A DNA stretch of 63,963 bases, counting the filler, from Octopus bimaculoides (taxonomy: Eukaryota), in NCBI RefSeq assembly GCF_001194135.2. It is 7 parts of 7 records of this genome, joined end to end, with 100 filler letters (N's around TTAATTAATTAA, not from the genome) between each part and the next. Parts side by side here need not be neighbours in the genome. Positions count along the whole stretch, not along the records: positions 15,123 to 31,820 come from NC_069000.1; positions 31,921 to 44,975 come from NC_068996.1; 5 more parts are not named here. One strand, written 5' to 3'. The notes under the pieces were generated by a model. It saw only the letters and a list, made by a program, of their open reading frames with translations, made no database searches and had not been told where the DNA came from. How positions within the stretch are numbered: position 1 is the first letter of the stretch; every line of letters starts with the position of its first letter. Made by a program: the position numbers and the translations under genes. Of the stretch, positions 25,849 to 39,340 are shown one piece after another.

Positions 25849-26904
25849 TATATGTGTGTGTATATTATATATAGGTGCTTGTCGACCTTAGTAATATATC
25901 TATCATACAAAGAAATACGAATGCCGTAAAATTAACCGATTTTAGTTGGCTCCATATAAGACGTACAGTTAGTGACGAATAATGAAATGACAATCAAACG
26001 TTATTTTTGAGTGAGGGAAATAAATTGTTCTCTGCGTCTTCAATTTTATAAGACAGTAGCGTAATGGATTTGAAGGAGAAATTTGGCTGCATATTGTATA
26101 ATGTTCGAGTAATGTTAATTTACTAAGCTGGAGACACTCATGGCAACAACGAATGGTACTTCGGATAAGGTGGAAGAAACTATCATCTCGTTCATTGAAT
26201 AAATGAAATAAAATGAAATAAAATAAATACTACTTAAATGCATGAATAACTAATCAGAAATGAAGATTAAAAGAATTCTAATCTGGATTACCTTTCAATT
26301 TTAATTAAAGAATTAAATTTTTGGAATTAATCAACCAAATTTGTTTAATGTTATATCACAAAACCAATGCCGTTTCTTTTTATTTTACGAAAACGAAATA
26401 AATCAAACTTTATTCCGTTGGTGTTGCTTTAGTTTATTAATTTATTTATTTATGTATTTATTTGTTTGTTTTTGTTTTGTTTGTTTTCTCCTGAGTTTGA
26501 CTTTGTGGATTTGATATCTATTGGAAATAGAGTTACGTAAACTTGAGCAGCCAGCGCGGGAACTTCTATGCAGCCGTACCCATTCTGCTAGAAAACCAGT
26601 TCAAGAGTCAAGATATCACATGATGTTGTACAATAAAAGCTCACATTTGATACATACTCTTCAAGAGTGAGATTCTACGCAGTCTCTCTACATGCAAAAC
26701 ATAGCAGTCAAACACAATACTGTTTTAAATATCTCAAAATAACAACTTAAAAACTGAAGGATACGTTATATAAAAATATATGATATGTGGGTGAAGCTGG
26801 CATAGTCTGTCTTCTAAAAGCATCCATCTCTAAAATTATTCATTATCCTCTTTAAAATGGTAAGTTCTTACTATAATATAGTTTTTTTTTTTTTTTTTTT
26901 GATA

Positions 26905-27330
26905 GAAGCATCATCAAGTTTGGATGAATGCCAGCCTGCCTACCTCTCTCTATGCCACCCGATCTTCTATTTGTGTTTTTAGGTCTTGAACGTGGCATCC
27001 AATATCTACAAACTGTTGAATATACGTCTTCCGTGGTCTTCCGGCCGCTGTGGTACCATGATTTGGTGTCCACGGCAACACATTACTCACAAATTCTTCT
27101 TTATTTCTCCAGCAGTGGCCAGCAACCATCAATCTCTGCTCTTGTATGGTTGATGAGTGAGTTGATACATTTCCATATAACCGCGCCGATTACTCGCTGC
27201 TTTATTAGGACTATGATATCGATTTCAAATGCCTCTAATAATTTTGTCCGCGTATTGACGATTGTGCCCTCTTGCCACCTTAGTAAGACAGTAATATTAA
27301 CAAAATTATTCTCGGTTTGCACATAAGGTT
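26905..27330 (-). mobile_element. RTE-type LINE 3' remnant
   Basis: GHCWRNKEEFVSNVLPWTPNHG..AAGRPRKTYIQQ...EDRVAW; ends in tgatgatg. Confidence 0.75.
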
Positions 27331-28628
27331 TATTCTCTTGAACAATGCGAAGCCGTTTCTGCTCTCCAGAGATTAACAGCTTATAAGCACACACGCACAC
27401 ACTCACACATACATACACACACACTTACACACACACACTCACACACGCAAATATACACACGCACACATACATATATGCGCACACATATATGCACACGGAT
27501 ACACCGCACTACAATTGTGCTAAATTAAATGAAACATGTTTATGGTTAAAATATGATTTGTTCACAAAATGAATGACATAAAAATGAAATAAAACATTTT
27601 CGTTTCTTTTTATTAACATTGATAATTAATTTACAGAGCGCTAATTTAAATAATCACATGTTATGTTTTAATCGCACTAGACATAAAAATAGCGGAATTC
27701 CATAACTTTCTATTGGCAAAGAAGTTTGTGTTGTGCTTCAAATTGTTGCCTACGAACAAAGGATGAAAATCATAAAAATTATTGAGGAGCGTTTTGAACC
27801 GGCAATAACAATAGAAAAACCATTCTCGAATTCAATATCAGGGCTAGATACGGAAGCAGAGTCAACATTTCTATTCATTCAGCATTTATCACAATTTCTT
27901 GTTATGGTTATTTCTATAGATTTTCTACAGAAATTATAGCCAGCCCTGATTTTTCTTACGTTTCGCATCCGAGAAGCTTCATGTAAATAGCAACAATGAG
28001 ATCGAAGATAGAAAATGGTTAATGGGTGTATATGCCATATTTCAGGCATTCTTGCTCCTTCATCAACACTACGTCCAACCTATTGATCATCCATTAACTC
28101 ATTGTTTAAATAGCCACTAAATATAGTGGTGTATCGTTACTGAATATACCAATTTTACATATTAAAATTCCTGGAAGCTGTTACGCAAATATTAATGATT
28201 TGTAGGTACGTAGTATTTCGTTATGCAACCAAAACGTTTTCATAGCTCATTACTATCTTCTATCGTGTTAGCAGTGCTATTACACGACTTCTTTAGGTTA
28301 TATGTATAAAGTTTCTATAGAAATTATCGTCAGCACTGATTTATGTCAATGTTCTAAATATAATATGAACTTGAATTTATAAATGAAAGCTCAGATTTTG
28401 TTAAACATAATTTTTGTCATTCCTGTGTTGAACATAATGTTTCCATCTGTGTTAATATGCATAGAATTATGTTTATAACTGTTGAAGCCAGTGAGAGATG
28501 TTTTATTGAATTTTGCATTCATAAGGTATTCCTTCTTTTTCTTTTATTATTCTCAGATATATGCCTCGTAACATCGAAGAAGAAAACATCGCTCGATTCC
28601 TTCAATTTTTTTTTCTCTTTTATTCCAG

Positions 28629-28770
28629 GTTCAATACATAAAGACACCGTGACATATACTCGGAATCAGAAAGTCATGTCATTGCCGGTACAATCACTGA
28701 ACAGCATCAATCAGAATGATGTCAAGAAAGTGTTATTATACGGTGAGAACGTGAGCAGAGAAAGAAAATG
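28629..28770 (+). CDS. Candidate coding exon: (G)SIHKDTVTYTRNQKVMSLPVQSLNSINQNDVKKVLLYG[ENVSRERKW]; product unknown
   Basis: Strong acceptor ttttttttctcttttattccag; second in-frame acceptor at 28556; donors acg|gtgaga (28742) or atg|gtgaga (28770); only the phase-1 frame is open; ATG at 28676. Confidence 0.4.
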
Positions 28771-30634
28771 GTGAGAATTGATGTCAAGGAAAGTAATCTT
28801 GTCTGATCGATAATCCAAGTCTTGACAAAAGAAAGGACCTACAGCGAGGCTAAGGCTTAAAGGGAGAAAGCAGAATGATGATAAACCAACATTAGGTAAC
28901 ATTTCAGGAGGTGAGCTGGCAGAATCGTTAGCGTGCCGAGCAAAATGGTTAGGGACATTTCATCTGGCCTTCGTTTTGAGTTCAAAGGGCCGACTTTACC
29001 TTTCATTCTTTCAGTTTCAATAAACAAAATGTATGAATTAAACAATGGAGTCAAAGAAATCGACTTAACCGTTGTTTTTTTGGTGTTTAGACAGGGTCCG
29101 TTTTGATTGACCAATCATTTTGCCCAAAGCTTTCCATCCATGACTTGCTGCTTTTCATCTAGTATTTCCCTAGCCCCTTTTTTGAGCCAGCAGTGTACTC
29201 TATGAGGAATATCTCACAGCTTTTACTTGAAAGTTGGCCGAACATATAGAAGCTGTCATACTGGTTCGCCAACGATCATTTTCCATTTCACGGTCACTCT
29301 TGCGTGGATCAAATTAATTGTTTGGAATCTCACCAGCCAATTACCTGCTTCAAATTTTTACAGTGGATTGAACAAATTTACAATCAACGGTTTCCTCTTC
29401 GGTTAAAATTATTCAGCGTGCTTTTCTCGGTTAAATGTTTATGGGGGAATATTATGCAATAGATTTTGTTACTATTTCTCCTGGCGGGAGTCTATGGGTC
29501 TGCTATAGGCAGCATATGCTTTTTTATGCGTTCGGGAGTCTGGAAACGGAGGTGGGGCGCCCCGGGTGGCACACACTCTAGCTACGCTAGTGCCTCCAGG
29601 CTATACTCCATCGGTTCATCACTACAGTGTGAATATGAATGTCGCTTCAAATTATACAAAGCGCTGTTTAAGAAGTAATTTTATGTGTCAGGTGACACTT
29701 GGTTGAACAAACCTATGATGAAATGCATTGCAAATATAACCAACTAGACATTCCTTCAGGTGTAATTAATATTGAACAAAACAATCCATGGAGTTGGGGT
29801 TTTAGACTGAAAGATAGAATTTGAGGCAGATTTATCTGCTATGTTCAGTAAGTCGACAGGCTTCATAGAGTGTCCAACTTCCTATCGCGTAAATCTGAAA
29901 TGATCCTTCAAATTTAACAAATTTTTAAATGCTTAAATTTTAAAACTGGAATTTTTAATCAAGCAATTTTCAAAACCAAAAATTAATGACCGCATGAAAA
30001 TATTGATTAGGAACGTTTTATTGTTTGAATATAAATATGGGAGTAATTCATCACCTCATTGCTCTGTGCCTTTCTGGCGTATATCATAACGGCTTAGATT
30101 TAATGTACCGTCGTAAATTCTTAATATCATTACATGGCTAGGGATTTTAAAGAGGAGAAAACATAATCTGTTATATTTGCAACTTTCATCTGCATATTTG
30201 TGGCTTTAACAAATCTGTAGCATTAAAAAATCAAAATAACCCCTGTAAAGTTCTTCGCAATTAAAAGGTAAAATGAAAAAAAGGATCGAAAGCACAAATA
30301 AAAACCTAATTGAATATTTCTGGAAATAATTAATACCAATCTATCTAATTAAATTCAGTTTCTACAGCAGGAGGAAAGGTGTTTTAATTAAATATGAATA
30401 TATTTTAATATATAAAATATATATATCAAAATAAATACTTTTACTTACTCTACTGGTAGAAGATATGGCTACTTAGAAATCGGTATAATCTTTATGTAAA
30501 ATTCAAATAGGGGATTGTGACTTGTACAAGTTTCAACATACATTGATAAAGGCAATTTTGTTTGTTTTGTTTGTTTAAAGTTGGTTCAGAACAAAAAAAA
30601 TTATAGGTAATTATAGAGTGAATTTTAGTGCTTA

Positions 30635-30900
30635 TAAATCTGATATTTTCCTATCCTTCCTTAATACCGGTTCCCATATGCTAATCATATCTACACTCAG
30701 TCTGCTTAGGAGGTTATTGTGTCCTAGCATATGTGCTGCCTCTATTAGCTTTCATATTTCCCAGTGGTGTTCTATGTCTATTATTTTAACTTCATCCCAC
30801 AGGGGAAGGTAGCCTCCATTTTTTCATACATGATCACCAATACCCGATTTATCATTATCTCCTCGTGTCACAGCTTTACGATGTTCTTCTACGCTTATTT
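30635..30900 (-). mobile_element. Penelope-like GIY-YIG C-terminal remnant
   Basis: VEEHRKAVTRGDNDKSGIGDHV*KNGGYLPLWDEVKIIDIEHHWEI*KLIEAAHM...IWEPVLRK. Confidence 0.75.
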
Positions 30901-31483
30901 TGATGTTAAAATAATTGTTTAAGTTCTTTTTCCTTCTATCATGCGTATGAAACTTTCACACATTTCTACCAGTTTTGCTGCTATAAATATTACCACTGAC
31001 TCATACACATTTAGCTGTTACATTGGAAGGTTCGATTCTATTAAAGTCCCTGCATAAATACGTGTCTTCGGTTTTGTTGGTAGGTGTATGCGACCGTATG
31101 TTTCACACGTTCGTGGAGCGAATGTTAAATGGGTGTCCGTTCAGTATAATTATAGAAAACATTTTCTTCCAAAGTCTCTACGCCCACAGTATGAGCATAC
31201 ATTGCACGATATGTAACAAAGGATATAAACATAAGCTTAGGCATACACCCATGAATACATATGTGGATTTATATAGCAACTTTATATCATAATTCCAAGT
31301 AAATGCCGGATATTTTAAACTGATTTTCGTATTTCTCTGTCCATTTACTAAAGAAATATATACAACTGCTACTTTGTAAAATGTGAGAGTAGCAACGGAG
31401 CATGTGTAAATATTTACTGTTCTATGTCTATGTATGCGTTTGTCCATCCATGTAAATATGTGTGTGTGTGTGTGTTTGTGCGT

Positions 31484-31525
<42 letters not shown>

Positions 31526-31937
31526 GGGCCTGGGTGTCTGTGTGTCATTGTAGGTTTTAATAAATCGTGATTCATTTCAATTGTAAACTTAGCTCATATT
31601 ACGCTGCAAATATAAAAATCGCTCTCCTGTTACGAAATCTGCCGTAGGCCAATTTATATCGCCGTGTGTATATATAGATAGATACATAAGCATATGTACA
31701 TATGTGTATGCATGTGCAGTCATTTCTATAAAACTATATATATCGATACGCAAATATTTTCAAATACATATGCAAATACGTAATATATAAATATATATAT
31801 ATTTATATATTTATATATATNNNNNNNNNNNNNNNNNNNNNNNNNNNNNNNNNNNNNNNNNNNNTTAATTAATTAANNNNNNNNNNNNNNNNNNNNNNNN
31901 NNNNNNNNNNNNNNNNNNNNATATATATATATATATA

Positions 31938-32100
31938 TACGACGGGCTTCTTTCAGTTTCCGTCTACCAAATCCACTCACAAGGCTTTGGTCGGCCCGAG
32001 ACTATAGAAGAAGACACTTGCCCAAGGTGTCACGCAGTAGGACCGAACCCGGAACCATGTGGTTGGTAAGCAAGCTACTTACCACACAGCCACTCTTTCA
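31938..32100 (-). mobile_element. SINE 5' half
   Basis: Reverse complement of 1301-1462. Confidence 0.85.
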
Positions 32101-32109
32101 CCTATATAT

Positions 32110-33000
32110 ATATATAAAGAAAACAAACAATGGAACAAGAACGTAACAGGCAACAACAAAGCTTTCGGACAGTTTGACGATACAAAAAAGGACAGGAAAA
32201 AACAAGGACGGGTCATTCGGAGCTTTCAATCTTCAGTCGACTTCCAGATCGTCTTTGCAGTTTTGGCCGGTTACACTCGAGACTGCTCCAATCTAGCCGG
32301 CCCCAAGAAAATCTAAGCTAAGAGCACTAGATTCTTTGGAAGAAAGCAAGCAAATGTATAGGAAAACAAGGACGGAAAAAACGGAGAATGGTACACAATT
32401 ACAAATACAAAACACAGGACATTAACAATAGGTGCCTTTCGACTACGAGCAAATTAAATTAAGCTGGTGTGTATGGAAGTGAAGCCTTACGGCTGGAACA
32501 TAAGGGATAAAAGTCATGGGAAGGAATATAAGAAATGCTACACGGATGGTAGTTGAACCAAGAAAGAAACGTCAGGTTTGGCAGAACACCGGTCACGTGG
32601 AAGGAGAGGAGAGCAGTAAGGGGGCAGAGGGATTGAAGAATTAGGGGGGACGAGAAAAAGGGAGAAAGGTAAAGGAGAGAGTGAGGTAAAAGAGGAGGGA
32701 AAGTGAGAATGAAAGAATGAAAGTCAAGAAATGTGAGAGAGGGGGAGCGAGAAAAAGAAAAGTGGAAAGTACGAAGGAAGTGTGAAGGGGACTAAAAGAA
32801 AGAGTAAAAGAGTCGTACAGAAATGCATGTATGGGGTACAGGACGTCACCAACGGTGCAAATAAAAGGAAATATGTAAACAAACGCGGGAAAAACGAGGG
32901 AAATACGTGAACAACGAGAATAAAATGGAAAACAGGATAAGTAAACACAGAGAAAGAACCCTTCATCAGTTGTCGGCTGTCTATCTACTCGTCATTTTAC
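32110..33000 (-). mobile_element. Penelope-like terminal region
   Basis: 32110-32640 is the inverted homologue of 48960-49530; caactgatgaaggg on - near 32960. Confidence 0.55.
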
Positions 33001-33215
33001 ATACGCGTGTGTGTGTGTGTGTGGGGGGGGTGTTTGTGTGTGTGTGTGTGTGCGCGCGCGCGTGTGTGTATTAAGTAACAAGAAGATGGATTTGGTATTA
33101 AACGTTATTCTGTACAACATTCGTTTCGACTCGCCATGTTATTGTCCTCTACGTATGCTTTACTCAGCATTTAAACACACTTATCGACTTATACCTATTA
33201 GTCCAAAATATTTAC

Positions 33216-33253
<38 letters not shown>

Positions 33254-33259
<6 letters not shown>

Positions 33260-33578
33260 GATTATAGAGAGGACTGATAAACTCAGCAGAAATGTAATAT
33301 ATAGAAAGATGAGTTCTTAACTTTTGTATACGATTGCCAAATTCCATCACTAAGGTAAACATAGCTGACGTAATCCATCACTACGGCCAACTCAATAACA
33401 GAAAGCGCTACTCGAAAGTAACTTATTTATTGGTTATTGAGTTGGCCGTAGTGATGGATTACGTCAGCTATGTTTACCTTAGTGATGGAATTTGGCAATC
33501 GTATACAAAAGTTAAGAACTCATCTTTCTATATATTACATTTCTGCTGAGTTTATCAGTCCTCTCTATAATCTAATAA
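33254..33578. repeat. Perfect inverted repeat, 146-bp arms, 33-bp spacer
   Basis: 33254-33399 is the exact reverse complement of 33433-33578; left flank (TTA)n, right flank an N gap. Confidence 0.97.
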
Positions 33579-34181
33579 NNNNNNNNNNNNNNNNNNNNNN
33601 NNNNNNNNNNNNNNNNNNNNNNNNNNNNNNNNNNNNNNNNNNNNNNNNNNNNNNNNNNNNNNNNNNNNNNNNNNNNNNNNNNNNNNNNNNNNNNNNNNNN
33701 NNNNNNNNNNNNNNNNNNNNNNNNNNNNNNNNNNNNNNNNNNNNNNNNNNNNNNNNNNNNNNNNNNNNNNNNNNNNNNNNNNNNNNNNNNNNNNNNNNNN
33801 NNNNNNNNNNNNNNNNNNNNNNNNNNNNNNNNNNNNNNNNNNNNNNNNNNNNNNNNNNNNNNNNNNNNNNNNNNNNNNNNNNNNNNNNNNNNNNNNNNNN
33901 NNNNNNNNNNNNNNNNNNNNNNNNNNNNNNNNNNNNNNNNNNNNNNNNNNNNNNNNNNNNNNNNNNNNNNNNNNNNNNNNNNNNNNNNNNNNNNNNNNNN
34001 NNNNNNNNNNNNNNNNNNNNNNNNNNNNNNNNNNNNNNNNNNNNNNNNNNNNNNNNNNNNNNNNNNNNNNNNNNNNNNNNNNNNNNNNNNNNNNNNNNNN
34101 NNNNNNNNNNNNNNNNNNNNNNNNNNNNNNNNNNNNNNNNNNNNNNNNNNNNNNNNNNNNNNNNNNNNNNNNTATATATAT

Positions 34182-34228
<47 letters not shown>

Positions 34229-34266
34229 TATATATACATGCATACATACATACATACATACATACA

Positions 34267-34297
<31 letters not shown>

Positions 34298-34377
34298 TTG
34301 TGTGTAACAAAAATTAACACGAGACACTTTCTCAAGACAAATACTGTAGTTTCGATAGTATATCTTCGTTAAGTAAT

Positions 34378-35443
34378 ATTGCAGCACTTGGATCCCATCG
34401 GTGAAAAAGCTTTTATTCTGTTGACCAACAAGGTTATCAACAACAGATATGACGTCATCATCACTGCGATACTGGTTCCCAACCGGGTGTTTTTTCATGT
34501 TGGGGAACAGATGATAGTCAGATGGAGCCAAATCAGGAGAATAGGGAAGAGGATTAACCAGCTCAAAGCCACAGCCACGCACAGTAGCCATTTAAAATAG
34601 GGACATGTGTGCTGGGGCATTTTCCTCATAAAACAGGACCTTATATGATTAGTTTTTCGAGACCTTCGGTCTCGATAGCCTTTCGTAACTGCCTAAGCAA
34701 GTTAGCATAGTACTCTCCATAGTTGGTATAGTACTCACCATTTTGTAGCTCTTTTAAAGATGGTCAATAAATATAATGCCTTTTACATTTCAAAAAAACT
34801 GGGGCTAATACCTCCCCTGGCCTCTTTTGGAGCAGGTGAAGAAGGGTGTTTCCACTTACATGCATAGTCTTCTTTCTTTGATATAATCAGCCTGATGCGT
34901 TTTTGATCGGAAGACGTGACAGCCACCAAGCAGAAACCTTCGTCATGCCAAGTTCATTGTGCAGAATATTCTCAACTCTCTCACGAGATATGCTAATAAC
35001 ATAAGCTATTTGATTTATAGTCACGCGCCATCACCATGTGGTGAACACGATTAACGTTTTCCTCTGGGGTGGCAGCTGCAGGACCTCCAGACCTTGTGTT
35101 AGCTTCAAGACTCTCCCTCCTTCTCCTAATTTCTGCCCACTTTTGCACAGTTCATAAAGACGGGGTGACCATTCTCTAAAGTAGTAAGCATGTCAGCATT
35201 AATGTCCTTAGGGGCTAAACCCATTTTCTGCAGGTATTTGATTACACTACAATGTCCAATTTTGTTTATTTTCAAGAAAATTCGCTGCTAGTTACATTTG
35301 AGTTCTTCTTTAAGAAGCCAGATGTCAGTTTACAAGTAATGCAGTTATTAATAAAATCAGGTGAGATTAATGCATGCGAGATTTTACAGCTCTAGCATCA
35401 CTCCTTCATAGTCTTTCTATGAACTATTCAGCCGATCCTCGTA
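34378..35443 (-). pseudogene. mariner transposon copy (5' TIR plus decayed transposase)
   Basis: Starts tacgaggatcggctgaatagttc on -; VIKYLQKMGLAPKDI; NVKGIIFID; PLPYSPDLAPSDYHLFPNMKKH. Confidence 0.9.
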
Positions 35444-35731
35444 ACTTGAGCATAATCTTAGTTTCTGACAAGTCGAGAGCCCATATCGTGGCGCCTTTGT
35501 GTCTATAAACGAGTGTAACGCTTGCCTCTAGGATGCATGCGATAAAGAACAAATATATTTGTATCTGTATGCGCGGCCATATGTGTATGTATATATATGT
35601 GTGTGTGTGCGCGCGCCTGTGAGTGTGTATATATGTGTGTGCCTTGTGTAAGTGAAATAGAATCAATATGTGTGTTATTTGTAATAACAGAGCTCCTGTA
35701 AGCTTCCATTGCTGATTTCTAAGTTTTTCAG

Positions 35732-35805
35732 GTATTGCCAAATTTAGAGACCACCCAGGAAATAGAATGATTATAAAAGCAAAGAAAGAAATGCTTAGAG
35801 AATAA
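35732..35805 (+). other. Candidate terminal exon (G)IAKFRDHPGNRMIIKAKKEMLRE*
   Basis: ctgat branch-like motif and tttttcag acceptor; phase 1 open to TAA; aataaa follows. Could be chance. Confidence 0.2.
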
Positions 35806-36086
35806 CAGCAAATAAATGGATTATCAACATGTGTGATATGGCACTAGACTATACAAAGAAATGAAGATATTTTGCCAATCGGCATGATTTAGTCATGAAA
35901 TACTACAATAATAAATGATGTGTCGAAGAATGACAGCCTGTTGTCCATGCCCTGAAGATCAAACATACCACGCTTTTCAAATATATAAAACAGAAGGAAA
36001 AAGTAAATGAAAATAAAATAAAATGAAGTAAATTTATGAATAAAAAATGGCTACTGTTGTCCTCGTCGCTGTTGCCGATGTTGTAG

Positions 36087-36164
<78 letters not shown>

Positions 36165-36870
36165 GCGTCCNNNNNNNNNNNNNNNNNNNNNNNNNNNNNN
36201 NNNNNNNNNNNNNNNNNNNNNNNNNNNNNNNNNNNNNNNNNNNNNNNNNNNNNNNNNNNNNNNNNNNNNNNNNNNNNNNNNNNNNNNNGGGGGGGGGGTG
36301 CAGATATGTGTGCTTTTAGGCCAAGTCAGCCCTAATCGAACAGGTTTGTCACTCAAAACATTCCAGTATTAAAGAAGATTAGCCATTTTCCAATTTTTGC
36401 TTTTTGTTGTTGGTTTTTTTTTTTTTTAGAGATAGTGGGGGTGTGAATTGAGGGAGATTTTACAGCTATTTTTAGTAGAACGGAGAAACGAAGAATGTTG
36501 TTGTTGCTGCTGCTGCTGTCGCTGTTGTCAGCGTTGTCGTCTGCCTCCTCTTCCCCCTCCACATCCCCCTACTCGCCCCTCTTCATCCTCGTCTTCATCT
36601 TTCCTCTCCTCATCGTCCTCCCTTCATCCTCATTCTCCTCCTCCCCTCATCCTCATTTTCCCCCTCTCCCAATTCCCCTCCTCCCTCTAATCCTCCTCCT
36701 CTTTCACCTTCTTTTTCCAAAAATTTTTTTTTCTTTGTTTAAGCATAGATACTCAGGACTGAAGTTTTAAAGAAATGTAGCTGTTATTTCTAGCAAATCG
36801 ATAGGACATCATTGGAATTCTGCCGTTGACATAAAAAAGCTGTTGTAATACAGTAAGGTAAACGTTTATA

Positions 36871-37192
36871 TCTTTTATATTTTACTTGTTTCAGTCATTA
36901 GACTGCGGACATGCAGGAGCACCGCCTTGAAGAATTTTTAGTCGAATGAATCAACCTAGTATTATTTTTTTAAGCCCGGTACTTATTCTATCACTCTCTT
37001 TTGCCTAACTGCTAAGTTACGGGGACGTAAACACGCTAACACCAGTTGTCTAGCGAGGATGGGGAACAAACAGAGACATAAAGATACATACATATAGACG
37101 AGAGTCATAGTGCCTTAATATAACACACCCGCTGCGTCGCTGCATTTGCGGAACCATATGTTTGGCAAGTAAGTTTCTTACCACGCAACCAA
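36871..37192 (-). mobile_element. SINE (bipartite family), internally deleted
   Basis: 3' half then head on the minus strand. Confidence 0.8.
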
Positions 37193-37209
37193 ACCTATAT
37201 ATATATATA

Positions 37210-37428
37210 TATATTTATATAAAGGGCATTATTATAGAAAATTAATAACGCGACACAGTGGACTTCTCAAAAAAAAAAAATGACCACATTTAGTACCTAT
37301 GCGAGGAAAAAACAACCAACAGAAGATGACCAACTTTCTTTTAAAATAGACTTAATTGCGTATCGACCGATTTCGTCCACTGTGTGGCGTTATTATTTTT
37401 CTATAATAATGCCCTTTATATAAATATA
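37210..37428. mobile_element. MITE with 54-bp TIRs
   Basis: 37210-37263 vs 37375-37428, two mismatches; 111-bp spacer; sits in (TA)n. Confidence 0.85.
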
Positions 37429-37560
37429 AACAAATAATTATATTCTTGGGAATAGAAATTTCCCTAATGAATTTTTTTACACACTGGCTTCTTGATAAAA
37501 TTCTTGTAAAAGAGTTTTATCCTTTTTTGAAATTTATTTATCAAATATATATATATATAC

Positions 37561-37975
37561 TCTTTTTCTCTTTAACTTGTTTCAGTCATTTGACTGTGGC
37601 CATGCTGGAGCACCGCCTTTAGTCGAGCAAACCGACCCTAGGACTTATTCTTAGGAAGCCTAGTACTTATTCTATCGGTCTATTTTGCCGAACCGCTAAG
37701 TTACAGGGACATAAACACACCAGCATCGGTTGTCAACCGATGTTGGGGGCGGGGACAAACACAGGCACACAAGCACACACATACATATATTTATATATAC
37801 TTATACATATATACGACAGGCTTCTTTCAGTTTCCGTCTACCAAATCCACTCACAAGGCTTTCGTCGGCCTGAGGCTATAGTAGAAGACACTTGCCCAAG
37901 GTGCCACGCAGTGGGACTGAACCCGGATCCATGTGGTTGGTAAGCAAGCTACTTACCAAACAGCCACTCCTGCGC

Positions 37976-37976
<1 letters not shown>
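37561..37976 (-). mobile_element. Full-length bipartite tRNA-derived SINE
   Basis: Head ggcgcaggagtggctg..., internal AC/AT microsatellite and 3' half all present. Confidence 0.9.
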
Positions 37977-38017
<41 letters not shown>

Positions 38018-39119
38018 TCTCCAACAATTTAAATACAAACAAACGACCGAAAAATTATGAGCTATACCTAGCCGGAATTGAACCCATAAATCAATGCTAA
38101 CACAGCTCTTACGGCATCCGATTGGGCCAAACGCTCAGCCATCAATTTCAGTCAAATTTAATGAATATATACTTAAACTTTCTGATACCCCATATAATAT
38201 TTGTAAACAAATGCTTTGTAAGTTGCGGAGAGAAAGCTACTATGGAAGACTCATTGTATATAATAACTGTATAATAATATATCGTAATAATATATATAAT
38301 ATATAATATATATAGTATATAATATATAATATATATATCTGAAGCGACAATTTTTAAATGCAAACAAATGACCGAAAAATGATGAGATAACCGTATATAT
38401 ATCTGTTGATTCATCAGAAACGATAAATTACAAGACTTGATACACATGTAGAAAAATCTTTAATACATTATAACAGAAAGTTCCGATTTCCAGTACCCAG
38501 AGCTACCCTTTTCCGATCATCAGCTAGTAAACCAACTCTGGTTTTCTGCAGAAATATCCAATGTCTGAATATTTTTAAAACATGAAACGAAATACTGAAG
38601 AAAATGTTTATCTTTATGTTCTTCTGTTTGAAAGCCTGTGAAAGCATACGAAAACAGCTACTCCATACTTTTGATTTTGTTTTCTCGTCGTAATATTATC
38701 ATGAACTCCAATACAAGCGATGCTATAAAATTGTATTGGTGTTTAAGTAATGTTCCAAATAGTACTTTTATATAAATACTTCTAGTTAATGGTTTTAAAA
38801 AAACAATGGGTATGTGCGTGTTCATTTTGCATGCACCTGTGCAGACATATTTATATATANNNNNNNNNNNNNNNNNNNNNNNNNNNNNNNNNNNNNNNNN
38901 NNNNNNNNNNNNNNNNNNNNNNNNNNNNNNNNNNNNNNNNNNNNNNNNNNNNNNNNNNNNNNNNNNNNNNNNNNNNNNNNNNNNNNNNNNATATATATGC
39001 AAACTCATACACACACACATACATACGTATGAGACATGCGACCACATATATTAAAATACATATCAATAAAACCTTTCGAAACCAACATTTTTCCCGAACT
39101 TGAACGAGATTCAAGGAGA

Positions 39120-39340
39120 CTTGTATTTACATTAAAAAAAAATACTTAGTCTCGTGCAAGCGAGGCGTTAACAGCTCAATTCTTTTGTTCAAACTATTAC
39201 ATCCTTGAGTCAAAATTCTCAATTTTTCACTTAGACAAATGACAGATCGCATCTTTGATTTGAAGCACTCGTTTCTGTATGGTTGCGCATAAACCAAATA
39301 ACTTCGAATTCGTCTTGTCTCGCACAAGAACCAAAAAAAT
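39120..39340 (-). mobile_element. Penelope-like GIY-YIG C-terminal remnant
   Basis: AQPYRNEC..CLSEKLRIL....LNKRIELLTPRLHETKY fits the CxLCLxEK...LNKRxE...CRH motif. Confidence 0.7.

Noticed and set aside
32208-32240. CTGAAGA...GAA on the minus strand as a hammerhead
   Set aside because: No stem III or UH site can be formed, and the homologous copy near 49430 lacks the core.
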